Source: Polymyxa betae A26-41
Taxonomy: Eukaryota; Protista; Endomyxa: Phytomyxea
DNA: 64,000 nucleotides
Direction of reading: 5' to 3'
Assembly (NCBI GenBank): GCA_003693705.1
Contig: RBZT01000729.1
Location: 68,408-132,407, forward strand
Shown piece after piece: positions 22,388 through 36,461 of this stretch. Each line of letters opens with the position of its first letter. Positions within the stretch are counted from its first letter, which is position 1. Made by a program: the position numbers and the translations under genes. The notes under the pieces are model-generated. The model was not told the origin of the DNA. It saw only the letters and a list, made by a program, of their open reading frames with translations, and did no database searches.

Positions 22388-23686
22388 TCAAACCCTCCAA
22401 TGATTTTCAAAATTGTTTTTATACCAGTCAACTGATGGATGGAATCAGCAGTGTTGAATTGTTAGTTTCTACAATTGTTACCTGTATATTGAAGCCCAAT
22501 ATGGAATTGTACAGATGGTTGCCAGCTTAACTGATGGATAGCGCTACAAATCATCCAATATCTCTGATCGTTATACTGACGATCTGGCACAAATTCTATC
22601 AAATCCTAAATAGAATTTGGTTAAGCTAGGTTGAGATACTCGAAACATCTAACGCTCTCACTTCATGATGGTCAATACCAAATGCTCGAGAAATCTCTAA
22701 AGCAATGTCGAGATTCGAAAGCTCATAATCCGTGCCGATATTGTAAATCTGACCCGCTGCTCCATACAGCAAAATGTACTCAAAAGCGCTAATACAATCA
22801 CTGATATACATATAACAGCGCTGATTGAGTCCGTTTCCATGAATGGTACTATGCTTTGGTTAGTGAAGCCAAAATTCCAATCGAGAGACTTACTATTTAC
22901 AACCACCAAGATTCTGGCAAATCAGCTTCGGTATTAGCTTCTCTGGATACTGTCTAAGCCGTTATCGTGTCAGCAATCTAGAGAACTAATTATGGATTCG
23001 AACCTAGGGCCGTAAACGTTGGATGATCTGACGACGATAAGAGGAAGATTGCACCAAGTTCTCAAGATAATATCGGCTATAGCTTTCGTGATAGAATATG
23101 GGTTCGTCGGCCTTAAAGGAGAGCTCTCATCGAAAGCTACAGAAACATTCAACAACGCTATTCTGCTTCGGCAGGCGATTTACCATGCTGGCTGTCGAAA
23201 TAGTTCTCACCATAGACTTCATCAGTGCTGGCATGGATTAGAACTGATATGCCTACTTTCTCGCAGCATTCTGCCACAATCATGGATCCAGCAATATTCG
23301 TATAGGCAAATAGATTCGGGACATGGATCGATTTATCAACACTAGATTCGGCTGCAAAATGCACGACAGCATCGATGCCAAAGCGAATCATTGTATGCAG
23401 CAGATGCTTGGAATCGCAGATATCTCCCCGTATAAACACGAAATTCTCCCGGTCACGTATCGGTTGGAGATTCTCCAGAGAGGCGCATGAGCGAAGAGCA
23501 TCAAAGCAAACAAACCTGATATGGCGATACTTCTCCACCATAATGCATAGAAAGTTCGACCCACTACAAGCACCTAAGGGCCAACAATCGGATCGAGATG
23601 ATTTCGCTGACGAACATGAACCCGGCGCCTCCGGTTACGAGAACATATCTGAACCCTGCAAGCCTGCTGGTTGTATCATTGACCAT
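22388..23686 (-). CDS. dTDP-D-glucose 4,6-dehydratase-like extended SDR (RmlB/TGDS)
   Basis: VLVTGGAGF, FIRGDIC, HFAAESSVD, HASTDEVYG, PTNPYSITKA (YxxxK), SNVYGPR, YNIGT. Many introns. 3' end approximate. Confidence 0.9.
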
Positions 23687-23902
23687 GAGCGGACGCCACT
23701 AGCGCAGAACCAAACGATATGAGCGCAATTCGCTAAATCAAGAGACACCCTGATCTGAGCTAGGCTGGCTGCTGTTGTCGCTGTCCCTTCTTTATTGTGG
23801 TCGTGGGGTAGACCTGGGGTTGAGGGCGCCGCCTCCAATCTGGTAACATTACAAGCCCCTGCTTGGACATCGTTCACAATCTTTTGTTAGCAACCAGTAA
23901 TC

Positions 23903-25543
23903 ATGTACGGGTCGTTCTATCGGCGACCGCTGCCACAGCCGCCGGCGATCGCGTTCTCATCACGAGCTGGCCGGGAGATCTTTACTCGTAGTCTGAGGCT
24001 TGGATATATGGAGGTATGCTTGTTGGCTAGGTTGCCGTCCTTGCGTCTAATGTTGTTCATGTAGAGGTTCTTCCCATTATGCGAGCAGGTAGGAGATGCA
24101 AACATATCCAAGCGCTCTTGTTGAGAATTGTCAGTTTCGGACTCAAGAAGAGCCAAGTTTTTGTGGGATTTCGACGCTAGCAATGATTCTGAATGGTATA
24201 TTCGTATCAGATTAGTACTTCTGTTTGTTGACTAGACATGCAGCTATGGGCCAGGATCCTGGTCGGGTTTGGAAAGGCCCTTGGAGATATTATCATGAAG
24301 ATATGCTCACTTGTTGCGTCCCTCTCCAAGTAAACACATCTTTGAAAATTCCAAGTATAGTTTGCCAAGCGAAGATTAGGCTGTTAAAATTGAAGGAATC
24401 ACGTTTCGGCAGCTTGAATGTCTTGCTCGATGTAATGGCGCATCTGTGAAGTCATATTTATCCCAAGAGCCTGAAGTGTATGTTCTTGGTTGTATCTTGT
24501 TACCCTGAAAATCAGTCATTTAGCAAAACAGTACGCTAGAACTGTTTCGGGAATCTGTCAAGAAATCGACTGCCGAGGGGAACGATTTCATGATTGTTGC
24601 ATACAGCCGAGCTCATTTGGGGCAAACTGGAGATGGGCATTTTTCGCCGATCGGTGGCTATGACCCTGAAAATGATCTCGTTCTCATCCTTGATGTTGCA
24701 CGATTCAAAGTGAATTTTCGATACTTGTCTTGCTCATTTGGTTTTAATCTTTCTTTCAGTATCCTCCTCATTGGGTTGAGCTCAAGCTTCTTTTCGAAGC
24801 AACCAAACTAATCGACGCTAGTACAGGCCGCTCTAGTCAGTTTGATGCCTTGAAAAACCTGTATATATAACATTTCGATTGATGTCAGGAGGGTTTATGG
24901 TTCTTACCAAACGCAACCTTGGACACTCTATTTACTTCTTAATCTCACAACGTACACAATCTTGGCGTGAATTCATTGACAACGTCAAAAAAACATTGGC
25001 ACCTCTCTGTTGCAGTGTCCATGCCTCTTGCGATTCCGCTGAAGGTTGTGTCCTACCTAGCCGTTGCATCTCTCATTGATCCGATTTAGATGGAGAATCA
25101 CTGATTGTGTGCATAACTAAACGCTTCTCTAATGATGCTCTCGATATGTTCTCGACATACATCAATGAATTTAGTTTGAACCATGTTTCAGAAGAACATC
25201 ACAACCAGGTCCAGCTGTTGCTGGAGCAGCTTCGAGCAACTCCTGCCTTCCGTATCGTTTCTAAGTATGCAACAGCAATCGTTATTGCATCGTTTGTCTT
25301 ACAATAATTTGTAGGTGTCAACATCTGATTCCAGCTTCTGACGTACCTGCTAAAGAAATTTTAACTTTACTTCTACTTGCACTACCAAGGTCTACATGGG
25401 AAGATATGAATGGAATGATTAGCCCATGCGCCAGATACTTCGTTATGGATTCTATGCCCGAACCGCTCAACAACGAAGTTCTGGCGATAAGATATCAATT
25501 GGAAGCACTGCTCACTTATTGTAATTACACGAACTGCGTTTGA
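23903..25543 (+). CDS. PCS: Phytochelatin synthase (glutathione gamma-glutamylcysteinyltransferase)
   Basis: SFYRRPLP, FRTQEEPSFCG (catalytic Cys), DPGRVWKGPWR, GQTGDGHFSPIGGY (His), LDVARFK|YPPHWV (Asp). About 10 short introns. Confidence 0.93.
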
Positions 25544-25577
25544 TTAAGATAATAACTTGACCTATTTGTATTCCTGG

Positions 25578-28500
25578 TTAGAGAATGTTTGCGTTAAACC
25601 TCGATCTTCAAGCTTTGCTGACGCTGCTGAGCCTTCCTAGTGTGATATGGATAAGCGAAGATCGGTATAATCGCGAATGCAGTTCCCAATAGCAAAGAAA
25701 CCATGGCAGCTAAAACCTTCGTCAGCATAATTGATGAATACAACTATTATAACCCAACCTGGTTCTTTGTAGAGTCCTTCTTTGATGGTACCCGTAATTG
25801 AGGTACGAAAACGTGGCTCTTGGACGAAAAAACGGCCGAAGGACATGAGTTCAATGAAAGCGTGAACTAAGCAAGCTCTGATTGACTACAAGAAGTCGAA
25901 GTAATCACGAGTGGCATTTTTGAAAAGGCCGCGCTTGACTTGAACTTTTTTCAACTCTGATCTTTCTGATACAGTTCAGATATACGATTGTGTATCCCAA
26001 CGTTGATAGCTGGACTCATCAGCATGATGCAAGCTGACTGTCGAGTTGTCGCCAAATGAAATATAATAGCAATGAATATATTTATGAAAGTTTACTCTCT
26101 GGTCTGGATTTATCTCGGTTCATCATGATGACAGAAAGGTTCAGATCAGGAAATTCCCGACGCTCCGAGCGAATTGGAGAGCGTGGCAATTGCTGCTTTG
26201 GCTTTAACAGATTTTCGCTTGGTTCGTTCTGGGGTTCAACACCTTTGGGCCTGGTTGAGTAGCGGGATGTGCCCGTGAATCTCGACTTGTCTGTTAACCT
26301 GTCAAGAACTGTTCGCTCGCCTTCTTCAATACCGTTGTTCATCATGGTTCGCTGACGGTCAAATTAGCCGCTTCTTAGACAATTCACGAAGGTGAAATAC
26401 CGAAGCTCGAGGTGCCAAAACAGAAGTAGGCGATGAAACTACATCATAAGCGATGGTTTTTATGAGTCCGGTCCTCGACTTATTTCGTATTCTTCTCGCC
26501 GATGCTGGTATTGCCGGAGCATTGTTTTCGTCAGGAGCGGGCGTTGAGGAAGATGGTGTACCAACTACACGCCGCCTGGATTTTCTTGAACCCTGGTAAC
26601 TGTTAACAACCCAAACGAAACGCTGGAAACAGTACATATTCAGGAATGGGACTAAGCAGTTGAGATTGCTGTCGCTTGACACGAGACAGCTGGGATTCGA
26701 GTTTCCTGATACTGTTGTCGTCAAACTCGATATCAAGAAGAGCCTTTGGAAAGCATTAGAAACTGTCAATGCAAATTCAAAACCTAGATAACCTGTCGCT
26801 CTCTTTCTCGTTCTTTCTCAGCAAGAATCATTCTGCGGTTCGATTCCCGCTGTTCTAGATCCAGGCGAGCCGCCGTGGTTTCTGATTCGACCTAAAGGAT
26901 CAGACTGATGCGAATCGATAGTCGATCACAGAATCATACTTGAATCTGTAGAATTTCATCTTCTAGTTCCTTTTCCCTTCGCTTAGACCTAATTCTGGAC
27001 TGGCGCTGGTCAATGGCATTATTGACCAGATATATTGACAGCGACTGTAGAGCTGAAATATCGTCATCCGAAACGCCAATTCTTGCGAACAATTCTTGCC
27101 CAACGTGATCAGGCAGTACAGAGGACGCTTCTGCAACAGTTGATAAAGTTTGATCAAACTCGGCGTTGAAAATGATCTTACTCGTGTTGCTGACACCAGA
27201 GTTTTTGACTTGTTGCGCTTCAACTTCAGAAATCTAACAGCCGTCAATAATAGATGATGCCTACGCTATTATGGTGACCTTTGATTCGATAAATGCTAAT
27301 TCTGTCTTGACAGTATCAATAGATTCATGAAGATCAGCACTGCTGTCTGGGTCGCCGGAACTCAACTCTGCAGTTAACTCGTCCAGCTTCTTTTTTAATG
27401 AAGCCTTCTGAGCTTCCCATCTCCACTTTTGGGAAAATAACTCCCTGTTCCCATATGAAAAGCTACTCGAAATACATTCAAAGCCAGGAATTACCTTGTT
27501 TGAACCTTAGAGTTGATGAGACGCTTAATTGAGTCTTTGATATTATTAGAAACTGGAGTGTGATGCCTGACTTTCAGTTTCGACTTCGCGAAGACCATTC
27601 GCCGTTTAGCTTCAGTTAGTTCTCGCTGCAAAATAGATGCACGTTCAGTTTTAGCTTTCATTACAAGATCTTGCTGAATCAGTTTGGTATTCATTCGGCC
27701 TACAACACCTCAGTGACAAAGCACAGTATAAAGTAAAACTCTACCGATTTGAACACTGTCTTTACGAAGTTGCTTCTGCAGGGCTGCAACTTGGCGTTGG
27801 TGTTCTTGCACCCAGAGACGATGTTTCTCTGCCTCTTCTTTCATTTGTCGCTGCAAGGCGACCTGAACCATCGTTACGAAATGTTCCAATTATCGAAAAC
27901 GCTATTTACTCGTTGCCTCTTGATCTTAGTAATATCGTCTTGTAAAGCAGCAATTCTGTTTCCATTATTTGGTCTAGACCTGAGAATGCGTTCGTTTTCC
28001 TTATATTTGCGCTTCATTTCTTCCAATTGCGCCTAAAACAAATTCTCAGAACGAGACATCAGTATGAGCAGCGGCAAAATACCGTCATGGAGAGGATTTT
28101 ATCTTGATATTCAGCTTTAACCTGCTCAATCTATTGCCTTTTTAGAAATGTGATAAAAATGAAACAAGGGACTTACTTGTTCAGCAGAATTGGCTGAGCT
28201 TGAAATTTTCGATATGGCAGTGTTTCGCTCCTCATGCGTTTCTTTAACACGGGCCTCCATTTCAACAATTTTCTGTTCATATCGCTGCCTATCCATGCAT
28301 CAGTATACAGCGACCTCATTAATGGTCTGCTATATACTTTGTTAATTCCGCTTGCTGTTTGCTCCTGATCAACTGCTCAATCAAAGCATTCTTATGTTCG
28401 ATATCAGCATCGAGACGTTTCAAAGCACGAGCATTCTGCTCGGTCGCATGTCGGAATTGACGTTCCCTGAAAAAAACAAGGTTAAAACATCGAGATGATT

Positions 28501-30779
28501 GAGCAGAATGATTTACCTCCGTTTCTTCAAGCCTTCCAAGTCATCAACTTCGTCCTCGATCTCAGAATCAGCATGCAGAGAGAAGTCATTGTCGGAACTG
28601 GTGCCGCTCTAATTAAAATATATTCAGTTGGTGAACAGAAGCAAATAAGGATTCAACCTCCGGCTCTGCAACTGAATCAACTTCAGTTTCTAGCAGTTTT
28701 ACAGTTTCTGGTTCAGCTCGAAGTAAATCCTCAGATTCTTTCTCAATAACTTCAGCTTCCAAAGGACCATTACTACGGGCCTATGCACATTTACGAAGAA
28801 TCCCACGTCTGCTGAAAGAACAACCACCTGTTCGATTAGATTTTTTAAAATCGACTGAGCACTATCTCTTTGCGCAAAAGCAGCACAGCATTTTTCGTTG
28901 ACCTCTTTAATTGTTCGGCGATCATTTTTTACAACAGCCATTAACCGAAGTACTGCAAAATTAAATATCATATTGGCTGGTTATGCACTACAGTTCAAAC
29001 CTTCAGCATCAAGATATGAATTCTCCCTTCGCAGATCCATCATCTCATTGCGGAGCTCCTCGTTGGCAGCTTCGGTTTGACTGCTATTCTCCTTAGCAGC
29101 CGCAACTTCTTCCAGAGTCGACATCCTGTTAGGGTCGACTCCAAGTTTGGCGAGTGCAGCCTCTAAATGCTGTATTCTTTGTCGGTAAATCTAAGCAAAG
29201 TTGAGAGAAGCATGGCAAGAGGACCTAGAAGCAGACCTCGAGCTTTTGTGAATTCGGGTCTCGGCCAATAATCGGCTTATTGACAATATTCCTTGCCCGA
29301 GAAGCATAACGAAGAGTGCACAAAGTCTCTTCGAAATGAATGTCAGCAGGAGAAACACAAGCAACCACTGGGCAACTGCAATTACTTCCACCGTATCACC
29401 GCAAAAGACAGCTTACTCAAAGTTTTCGAATTTCCTCCAAGAGAGTCTTGCAAGAGCCTTGTGATCTACCAGGCAAAATTATATACGGCAATAAGAGTCC
29501 ATGAAGCTATCTTACTTTGCTGTCTCTGAAGGGAACATGTGATGCCTTACGAGTAGGATCGCCTAAAGCAGATATAACGTTGCCCAAAGCAAGTAGCCCA
29601 CAGTTAATATTGATGCCCTCCCGTCTCGTGTTGCCTTCAGCACCAGTCTTTTTCAGACGTTCTGACCCTGCAAAACATTAGTTTATCAAACCCATAAGCC
29701 ATCATCGAAGTGCAGGGACTACCAGCAAGATCTACAAAAGTGAATTTCGACGTGATGTATTCAGACTGTTCTTCGTCTCCCTCAGTGTCCACTCCTTGGT
29801 ATTGTCAGCAAATTACAGACGGAATCGAATCAGCATGAACCTGTGCCTGGAACTGGCCTTCTTTGGGTTAACAAGACACTAAAGATGGCATGGGACCGGC
29901 TTGAATGAGCCTTGAAAAAATTCAGTCAAGGTCAGTGATACGGTCTTTCAACTGACATTCATTAATGTAGATCCAGTCGACCTATGGACACTTCCATCTT
30001 CCAAACAGCTGTAAATAGCCACGTCAACATGGCGGGTTCGAACGTCAAAAGCGAGCGGAACACCTTAATAATTCCTCAGTGCTCTTGACTTCTCGCTCTT
30101 CGATACCAAATGCTACAACTTGGCCATTAGCCGTTTCACGAATCGAAATTGTTTTAGAGCGGTTTGATGGATCAAGCAAGTCACGAAGCTCTGTAAAATT
30201 TTACAACGCTTGATTGATTCTGAAGAGTATATAAACCTTCGTTATAGATCTCCAGAAAGGTACAGCGAACTTTGAAGTCGAAGGAAGGGCTGGAATTCTC
30301 GTTGATGTATGTGTACAAAGCATGAATAACACGGGGGACGATTCCTTTTTCCTGGTTCGGCCTAGACAGTCCTGTGTTCTCTGTACCCATCGTGTGGGAC
30401 TTTCCGCTTCCCTGCGTTAATGGTCAGGAAGCCAATATGAACAGCAGAAAATCGCAAACCGTTTGCCCATAAGCCATGATAGTCGAGTTAAAGCCTTGAA
30501 GAAAACTTTGCAAAAGCGGCTCAACACATTGTCCATACATCTCTGCCTGGGCAGAATTCTGCCCGAAACAGAAATCATATGTAAACATTCTTTGCTCTCC
30601 CAAAATGATTTGTGTTGGATTTTCTCGCCTGATGCATTCTCCACACTCCTGGACTCTTTCATGGCCCAACAGCGGCCGGATCTAACAATGGCCTCTTATA
30701 CCGAGATTCGACAATAACTGCAAATCCATCATACGCGAACGGCAACCCGGACCGTTGTGGTGTCGGAGGCGGTAGCCAT
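25578..30779 (-). CDS. Kinesin-4 family motor (KIF4/KIF21/KIF7-like) with long coiled coil
   Basis: VRVAVR, FTYDFCF, AYGQT|GSGKSHT P-loop, [20 protein letters not shown]|[28 protein letters not shown]. Intron-rich. 3' end approximate. Confidence 0.9.
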
Positions 30780-31071
30780 GTGGCAACAGTCCTACCGACG
30801 GAATGCCACGACGAGATGTCTCGGCAAACGAAAAGGTCGGGGGAGCGCCGCCACCACCCTAATTTGTGTGATTATAATTGTAAATCACGCGCCTTCTCCG
30901 TGCCTAACTAACAGACAGGCCGGCCGTCCAGCTGCCCGCACCTCTCGCTGAAATCACAGAAAGCATTTACCTCGATGGCAATCGAATTTTTTATAATAAA
31001 CATGGTTTACTTCTTTTGAAAAGAGTTCGTCAAGCACCTGGGATCGAACGGTACAAGCATCGCGATAAACC

Positions 31072-31317
31072 ATGGTGGCGTCTGGCCAAAAGCGGAGCCA
31101 GTCTACAAGCACGGCAGCGCCTCAATTCAAACCTGATCCGGAAACACAAGCTGTCATCAGCGAACTTCGGCAGAAGATGAACGAACTGAGATCGTTTCGT
31201 AATTCGATTTCGGAAGCGGCAGCGGCTGTCAAATCCGAGATCAAAGAACTTCGTAAAAGCCAAGAGTCGCTATTCAAAGAACAGAATAGAGCACACAATC
31301 TATCGAAAAGGAAATGA
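31072..31317 (+). CDS. Small coiled-coil hypothetical protein
   Basis: 81-aa ATG ORF with heptad character, divergent from the kinesin gene. Confidence 0.4.
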   Translation: MVASGQKRSQSTSTAAPQFKPDPETQAVISELRQKMNELRSFRNSISEAAAAVKSEIKELRKSQESLFKEQNRAHNLSKRK

Positions 31318-31354
31318 CCATGCCTGACGACAAACGCAGATGCAATATATTCTG

Positions 31355-32417
31355 TCAGATTAAATCGCGAGAAGTTTCGAACTGTGAGAGAAACTTCGAT
31401 ACTTCCCTGGATGAACTCATCGCTGCATATTCTATAGATGACCGACCAGAATGATCCACAGCATAGGGGTCCAGGCAAACTTGCTCAACTAGATATTTCA
31501 CAGCATCAATATAGCCGTTTCGTGTTGCATGATGGAGTGCATTCTTTCCATTCGTATCAAGAACGTTAGGATCGACACTACAGTGACGCAGAAGAAAATC
31601 CAGAACTGTGGCATGGCCGAAACGAGCAGCGAGATGAAATGGAGTCATACCCTCAATCTGACAAGAAATCAGAGCGTTTTCTTCGAGTGTTAATATCTTT
31701 AACCTTTTCAATGCGTTCGGTTTGAGTGGAAGGATAGTTATCAACGAGCCATTTAAGAACAGCGACATGACCCTCTTGAGCGCAGAGATGTATTGAGGTC
31801 CTTCCATCTTTTAAGGCTTGAACAGGGACCACTTTCTGGTTCATTCTTGCAGCTATGTATTTAACTATAGCATTCATGACAGCACAATGTTAAAGATAGG
31901 TGACAGGCTTACCACAAGGTAACTGTCCTCCATAGACCGCATACAGAAATGGGCTAAAACCTTCCTAATGACAGTCTTAACGTCGAATTTTACAAAAGAT
32001 TACTGCACTGATTTACTGAATCTATAGCTTCGACTTTAGACTTGGCTTTATCTATGAGATATGTAAGCGTCTCTAGACATCCTTCATTTGCAGCAAAATG
32101 CAGAAGGGTTTTGCCAGTATCATCGGCTCCGTTAGGATTACAGTCGAATGTGTTGATCAGCCATTCTAAGGCTTCGGGATGGCCATATATAGTTGCAAGA
32201 TATGGATATGATTGGCCCGCCTAAGAAGCTTAATTCGAACTGATTAAAACTAATAGTTTAGAGCTTGCACCTTGATTCTCATGTGTTCTTTAGATGATAC
32301 ATTCTGATTGACGAGTTCCTTGAACAACTCTATCTGGTTTGATTCCAAAGCCTCGACGATCTTCTGATCGAGCTGGTCGCCGTTGTCAGCCTTGCTGTTT
32401 GACGAGGTGTTCCCCAT
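31355..32417 (-). CDS. Ankyrin repeat protein with N-myristoylation-like start
   Basis: MGNTSSNSK start; GKTLLHFAANEG, GRTSIHLCAQEGH, GMTPFHLAARFGH and GKNALHHATRNGY repeats across exons. Confidence 0.88.
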
Positions 32418-32549
32418 CGACCAAATGACCAGTCTGTAATTATGAAATCATAGACGGAGATTGTATGTCATCAATCTGAGATATTTGCACTGATACCTTT
32501 TCACCAAATGGTACCGTTTAGAACGCCAGGGGTCACAATGGATGGAATT

Positions 32550-33952
32550 GTAATTAATTGGGATCGTGTCTGCAAGGCAATCTCTTCAAATCGCAACGGA
32601 ACTCGGAATGGTTTGTTGGAACGCGAATTGACAGATTGCTAATCACACGTCTACGAACCCAGCGGCATAGCCAGCTTGGAATATCAACAGTTGTAGAGAA
32701 CAGGATGCAAAGGATTCAGAATCCCGGAATGGTGCTTTCAAGAAGCATTGATAGATTGATGTAATGCAAATGATTGTTCCTGGCTGATGGGCTACCCCAT
32801 GAGCCCAATCATTGCGTCACTATCATCGTTTGGCTTCACAATGGGAATTACCATAGTGATTGACGATATCTACCTCGATTTATCTTCTTATCCCTTCAAA
32901 ATGCTGAGCTAGCGCTATTGTCGCTCTCTTACCTACATCGGTTCTGACAGCCCTGCCGCTCTTATATCGGTTCACTTCAGTGATGGACAGAAGTGAGACT
33001 CCATTTCGTAAATATCCCACACAAAAGGCATCTGTCGCTTTTAACATTCTCGAAGCGTCGTTTGCTGTAGTAAATGGCCTCCGGCAGAACAACTTCGTTA
33101 ATGAATGCATCAACGTTTACATAATATTTTCTTATGTAGGTAATCTTTAGCCAATAAACATAATGGGTTAAACAGAAAATAGAGATCGCTCAGGGTAAGC
33201 CATGCACTGGGCGTCTTTTACAGCATTTTGAGGAGCCTGATTTGAATACAATCGTTGGCAATAAGACACTGACTGTACAATCTGGTTCATCTCGTGTATT
33301 AGATGTTATGGGACGTGATTATGCACGACAAGGTTAATGTGCCTCAAACTGACGCTCTCTTGCTCCAACCTCAAAACCTCTTGTTGGAATCTGACGCTCT
33401 TTTGTTGCAATCTGGAATCTCTTGCCGTGATTTGGCGTTCTCATAGCACCATCTAAAAACTTCAGAAAAAACAGCAGTACGTCTTTCAAGATGACTGGAT
33501 ACTTCAGCGCCAAGCACGAAAATTGCTCTAGCTGTGACGGGGACGGATTTGAGTGCGTTTTGCTGAATGGAAAATCTTGCCAGGTTCCTCGCTTGAATGA
33601 CACAAAACAATGTCGATTGAATATCTAATAACCTTCACAGGATGCGATAACACAACGTGTGAATCATTCCGTCTACAGCGACAAATGTTGTGGCTATAAA
33701 CCAAAGGGAATGTGATCAAAAAGTCAACTCTACCATATTAGCAGATTAGGAACAGTATACTAACCCATAATGAAAATAAATCGTCTTTTTGGCAATCAAA
33801 TCAGAGTTCCAAAGTTTTTTAAGAAAGTATTGTCTATAACAGAGCAGGGGTTCGCATGCTCCAAATACGGTTTCAATAACATCGAAGATTGATGGCAAAG
33901 CAGCAGCATAACAGGGACATTGTTTGCCGAATCCGATCCAAGAACGAGACAC
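32550..33952 (-). CDS. One or two multi-exon hypothetical genes
   Basis: Chain of short minus-strand ORFs (33746-33952, 33528-33719, 32880-33113). No family recognised. Confidence 0.3.
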
Positions 33953-34003
33953 ACTCGTTTATCTGGACAGACGGTACTGTCAGAACAAACCCTTTAGTTC
34001 TGT

Positions 34004-36327
34004 CATGCCAGTCATGGCTGGCTGCAGAAGGTAACGTGAAATTTCATAGAGTCTGAGGGTGACTGCTTGGAAGTGACATCCAAAACCAATCATGATGGTG
34101 GCAAGCAGGCAGTCCCAGGCCATATCGAATTCGTTCGAATTCGACCTCGGGGACCATGGAAGCCCATGTCGCCAGGCTTGCCAAATACTGGAAGTATTCC
34201 GAGCCCGAGATTCAAGCCAGTCTGGCGCAAATCTGGCGCTGGGCGTTCCTGAACTGGGATCCATTGCCAGAAGAGATCTGCAAGGTTTTGTATCCGGTAC
34301 GTGATTCAGAGTTGAGATGATTCGTCATGCTGAGATGTTATAGATCCTGGTACAGAATGAAGCTTCTAGACAGATTCATGGATTGACCGTTGAGATTCTT
34401 CTGTTATCCGAAAACCTTCCGATGACTTTCAGCAACAATTTCTCAGGACAGTTCTATTCCTATATCCAATCTGGTTCTTCGGATTGCCTTCGATTGCTGC
34501 TGTCGTTGGAAACTTCTGATCAATCTCTGGTTGTTAAGAATGCTCCGCTGTTGGTAGATGACCTAATCCACCTCGCAGCCTCGGATGAGCTTGAGGGTCT
34601 GAAGTCTGCTAAATACCCTGTCGTCCCAGCGATTGCTCATTGTCTGAGGTACTTTCCGAATTTTATTATGCCTGCGAACCGGCGTTCCATTATGGCTGCC
34701 ATTGAACGGCTGATGCTGCGAGACATCGCGATACTTGTTAATCACCGTATTGAGCAGATGGAAATGCGGTACGATGAGCAAACATTGCTAGACAGTTTCC
34801 GTCCTTCCGGATTATCTCTGGGTATGGTTAATCACGTAGTCAATTCATTAATCAACCACACTTCAATCAAGAGCACATCGATTGCTATATTTTACAAGCT
34901 CGTCACAATCATCCTTGAGAATGAAGACGAGGAAGCCGTTTCGTTGCTTAAAGATTGTCGTTCCACTGTATTGATCGACATTGTCCAAGTGCTTCAAACA
35001 ATTGCCGCTCGCTGTCCCGAGGAATCTGCCAGAGTGCTGACCTTTCTATCTGAGATTTGTATGCGCTTTGACGAAAATGTTTCGCTCGTGACACTTGGTG
35101 CACTGTTGTCAGTCACGGGAACATTGAACTCTTCAGCGATTGAGAAGTTAACTCATATTGTAAGCAGCTCCTATATGGATCCGTTGATAGCCTATAACAT
35201 CGTCAAATTTGTCGATAATTATTTCGAAAAGCTGCAAAAAATGAAATGGATTGACAGATGGTATCAGTAACAGTTTTTGGAAAGCTGTTAAACTTAATTG
35301 TTCCAGGTTCCCGGTCATGTTCAAATTAGCCTGTGCTCGACCCTTGTGCTTTACGAAATATCTAATTAGATGGGTCTCCATGAGAAGCAAGAGAACATCC
35401 TCGATTTTAACGTCGATACTTAATCTGCCTTCAATCTGTTCAACAGTTGAATTTAGTCAGCTAATGGAATTCGACACAAATCTGAAGAATGTCTTTCGCA
35501 TTGCTGTGCAGAATGATCCTGACGTTCTGCGGGCATATACAAATCTTCTACGTAATAGCTACGAATCTAGACAAACCGATTTGGTATCTGGGCTTCCTCG
35601 GCAAGCGGTTGCCGATAGATCTCAAATGTGGCTTCTGCCATCCTTTCGCGTCAAGTCTATCTGTTCCACATTGTTGCCTTTGGTTAACGCCTTTTTCGAA
35701 TCGGAATTTAATCTATGCAGCAATTTGAAAAAATCAGTATCCATTGCTATTGAAAACTGTTTCTCCTGGTTGACAGTAGAAATTCAAGCAGCAGTTTCAG
35801 ATTGGGTTTTAAAAGCATTCGAACATTGTCCGAAGCTGGTTATAGAGTTGCATGACTCTATCAGAGATTGTATCTCGAGTCATTTACTATCTCAGCAGCA
35901 AGAATTTGTATTATCAATGATTTACTGTATCGGGGAATATGGAATGCGATGTCGCGAGTACGATTCGTTTATTGCCGATTATATCGATTTTTTGGAAGAT
36001 TGCATTATACAGTTGTTGAACTATGCAGATAGGCAATTTCAGTCACAACAGGAATTTCAAATATTGCCTCCCTGGAGTCCCTGTATTCCGGGAAAGCGAT
36101 GTGTCCTAACGCAAATCGACGCAAAGAAAGAGCAACTTGATGCTTCAAGATACGAAGCACTTCTCTGTATGTCTCTTACAGCCCTGGCGAAACTATCAGT
36201 TGCTCTACCAAATAAGTCCATTAAGGCGTTCGAATTTGTTCAGGATGAGGATTGCCTGGTCGGGCCTCTAGTCTACGAATGCTTACAAGAAGCAAAGATG
36301 TTGGTCCGCAGAGGCTTGCCATCCTGA
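34004..36327 (+). CDS. AP-5 complex subunit zeta-1-like (SPG48)
   Basis: Helical-repeat ORFs 34383-35270 and 35251-36327 joinable by a short intron. Segments ILNLPSI, CPKLVIEL, MIYCIGEYG, FLE and LTALAKLS recall AP5Z1. Start approximate. Confidence 0.6.
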
Positions 36328-36461
36328 ACATCAAGCTCAGCTCCAATAAGCGACTATGCTTCGAGAATAATTGGTGAATGCAGGGAAGTTGTTGAGAGAG
36401 AAGTTGTTCGAAAGTGCCAAATGACTGTCTGTCTCTGCTGTAAGGAGAACTGCACAGTGGG

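Noticed and set aside
22827-22834. GAGTCCGT as a fourth RP-type element
   Set aside because: Half-site only, and it lies inside the dehydratase coding sequence.
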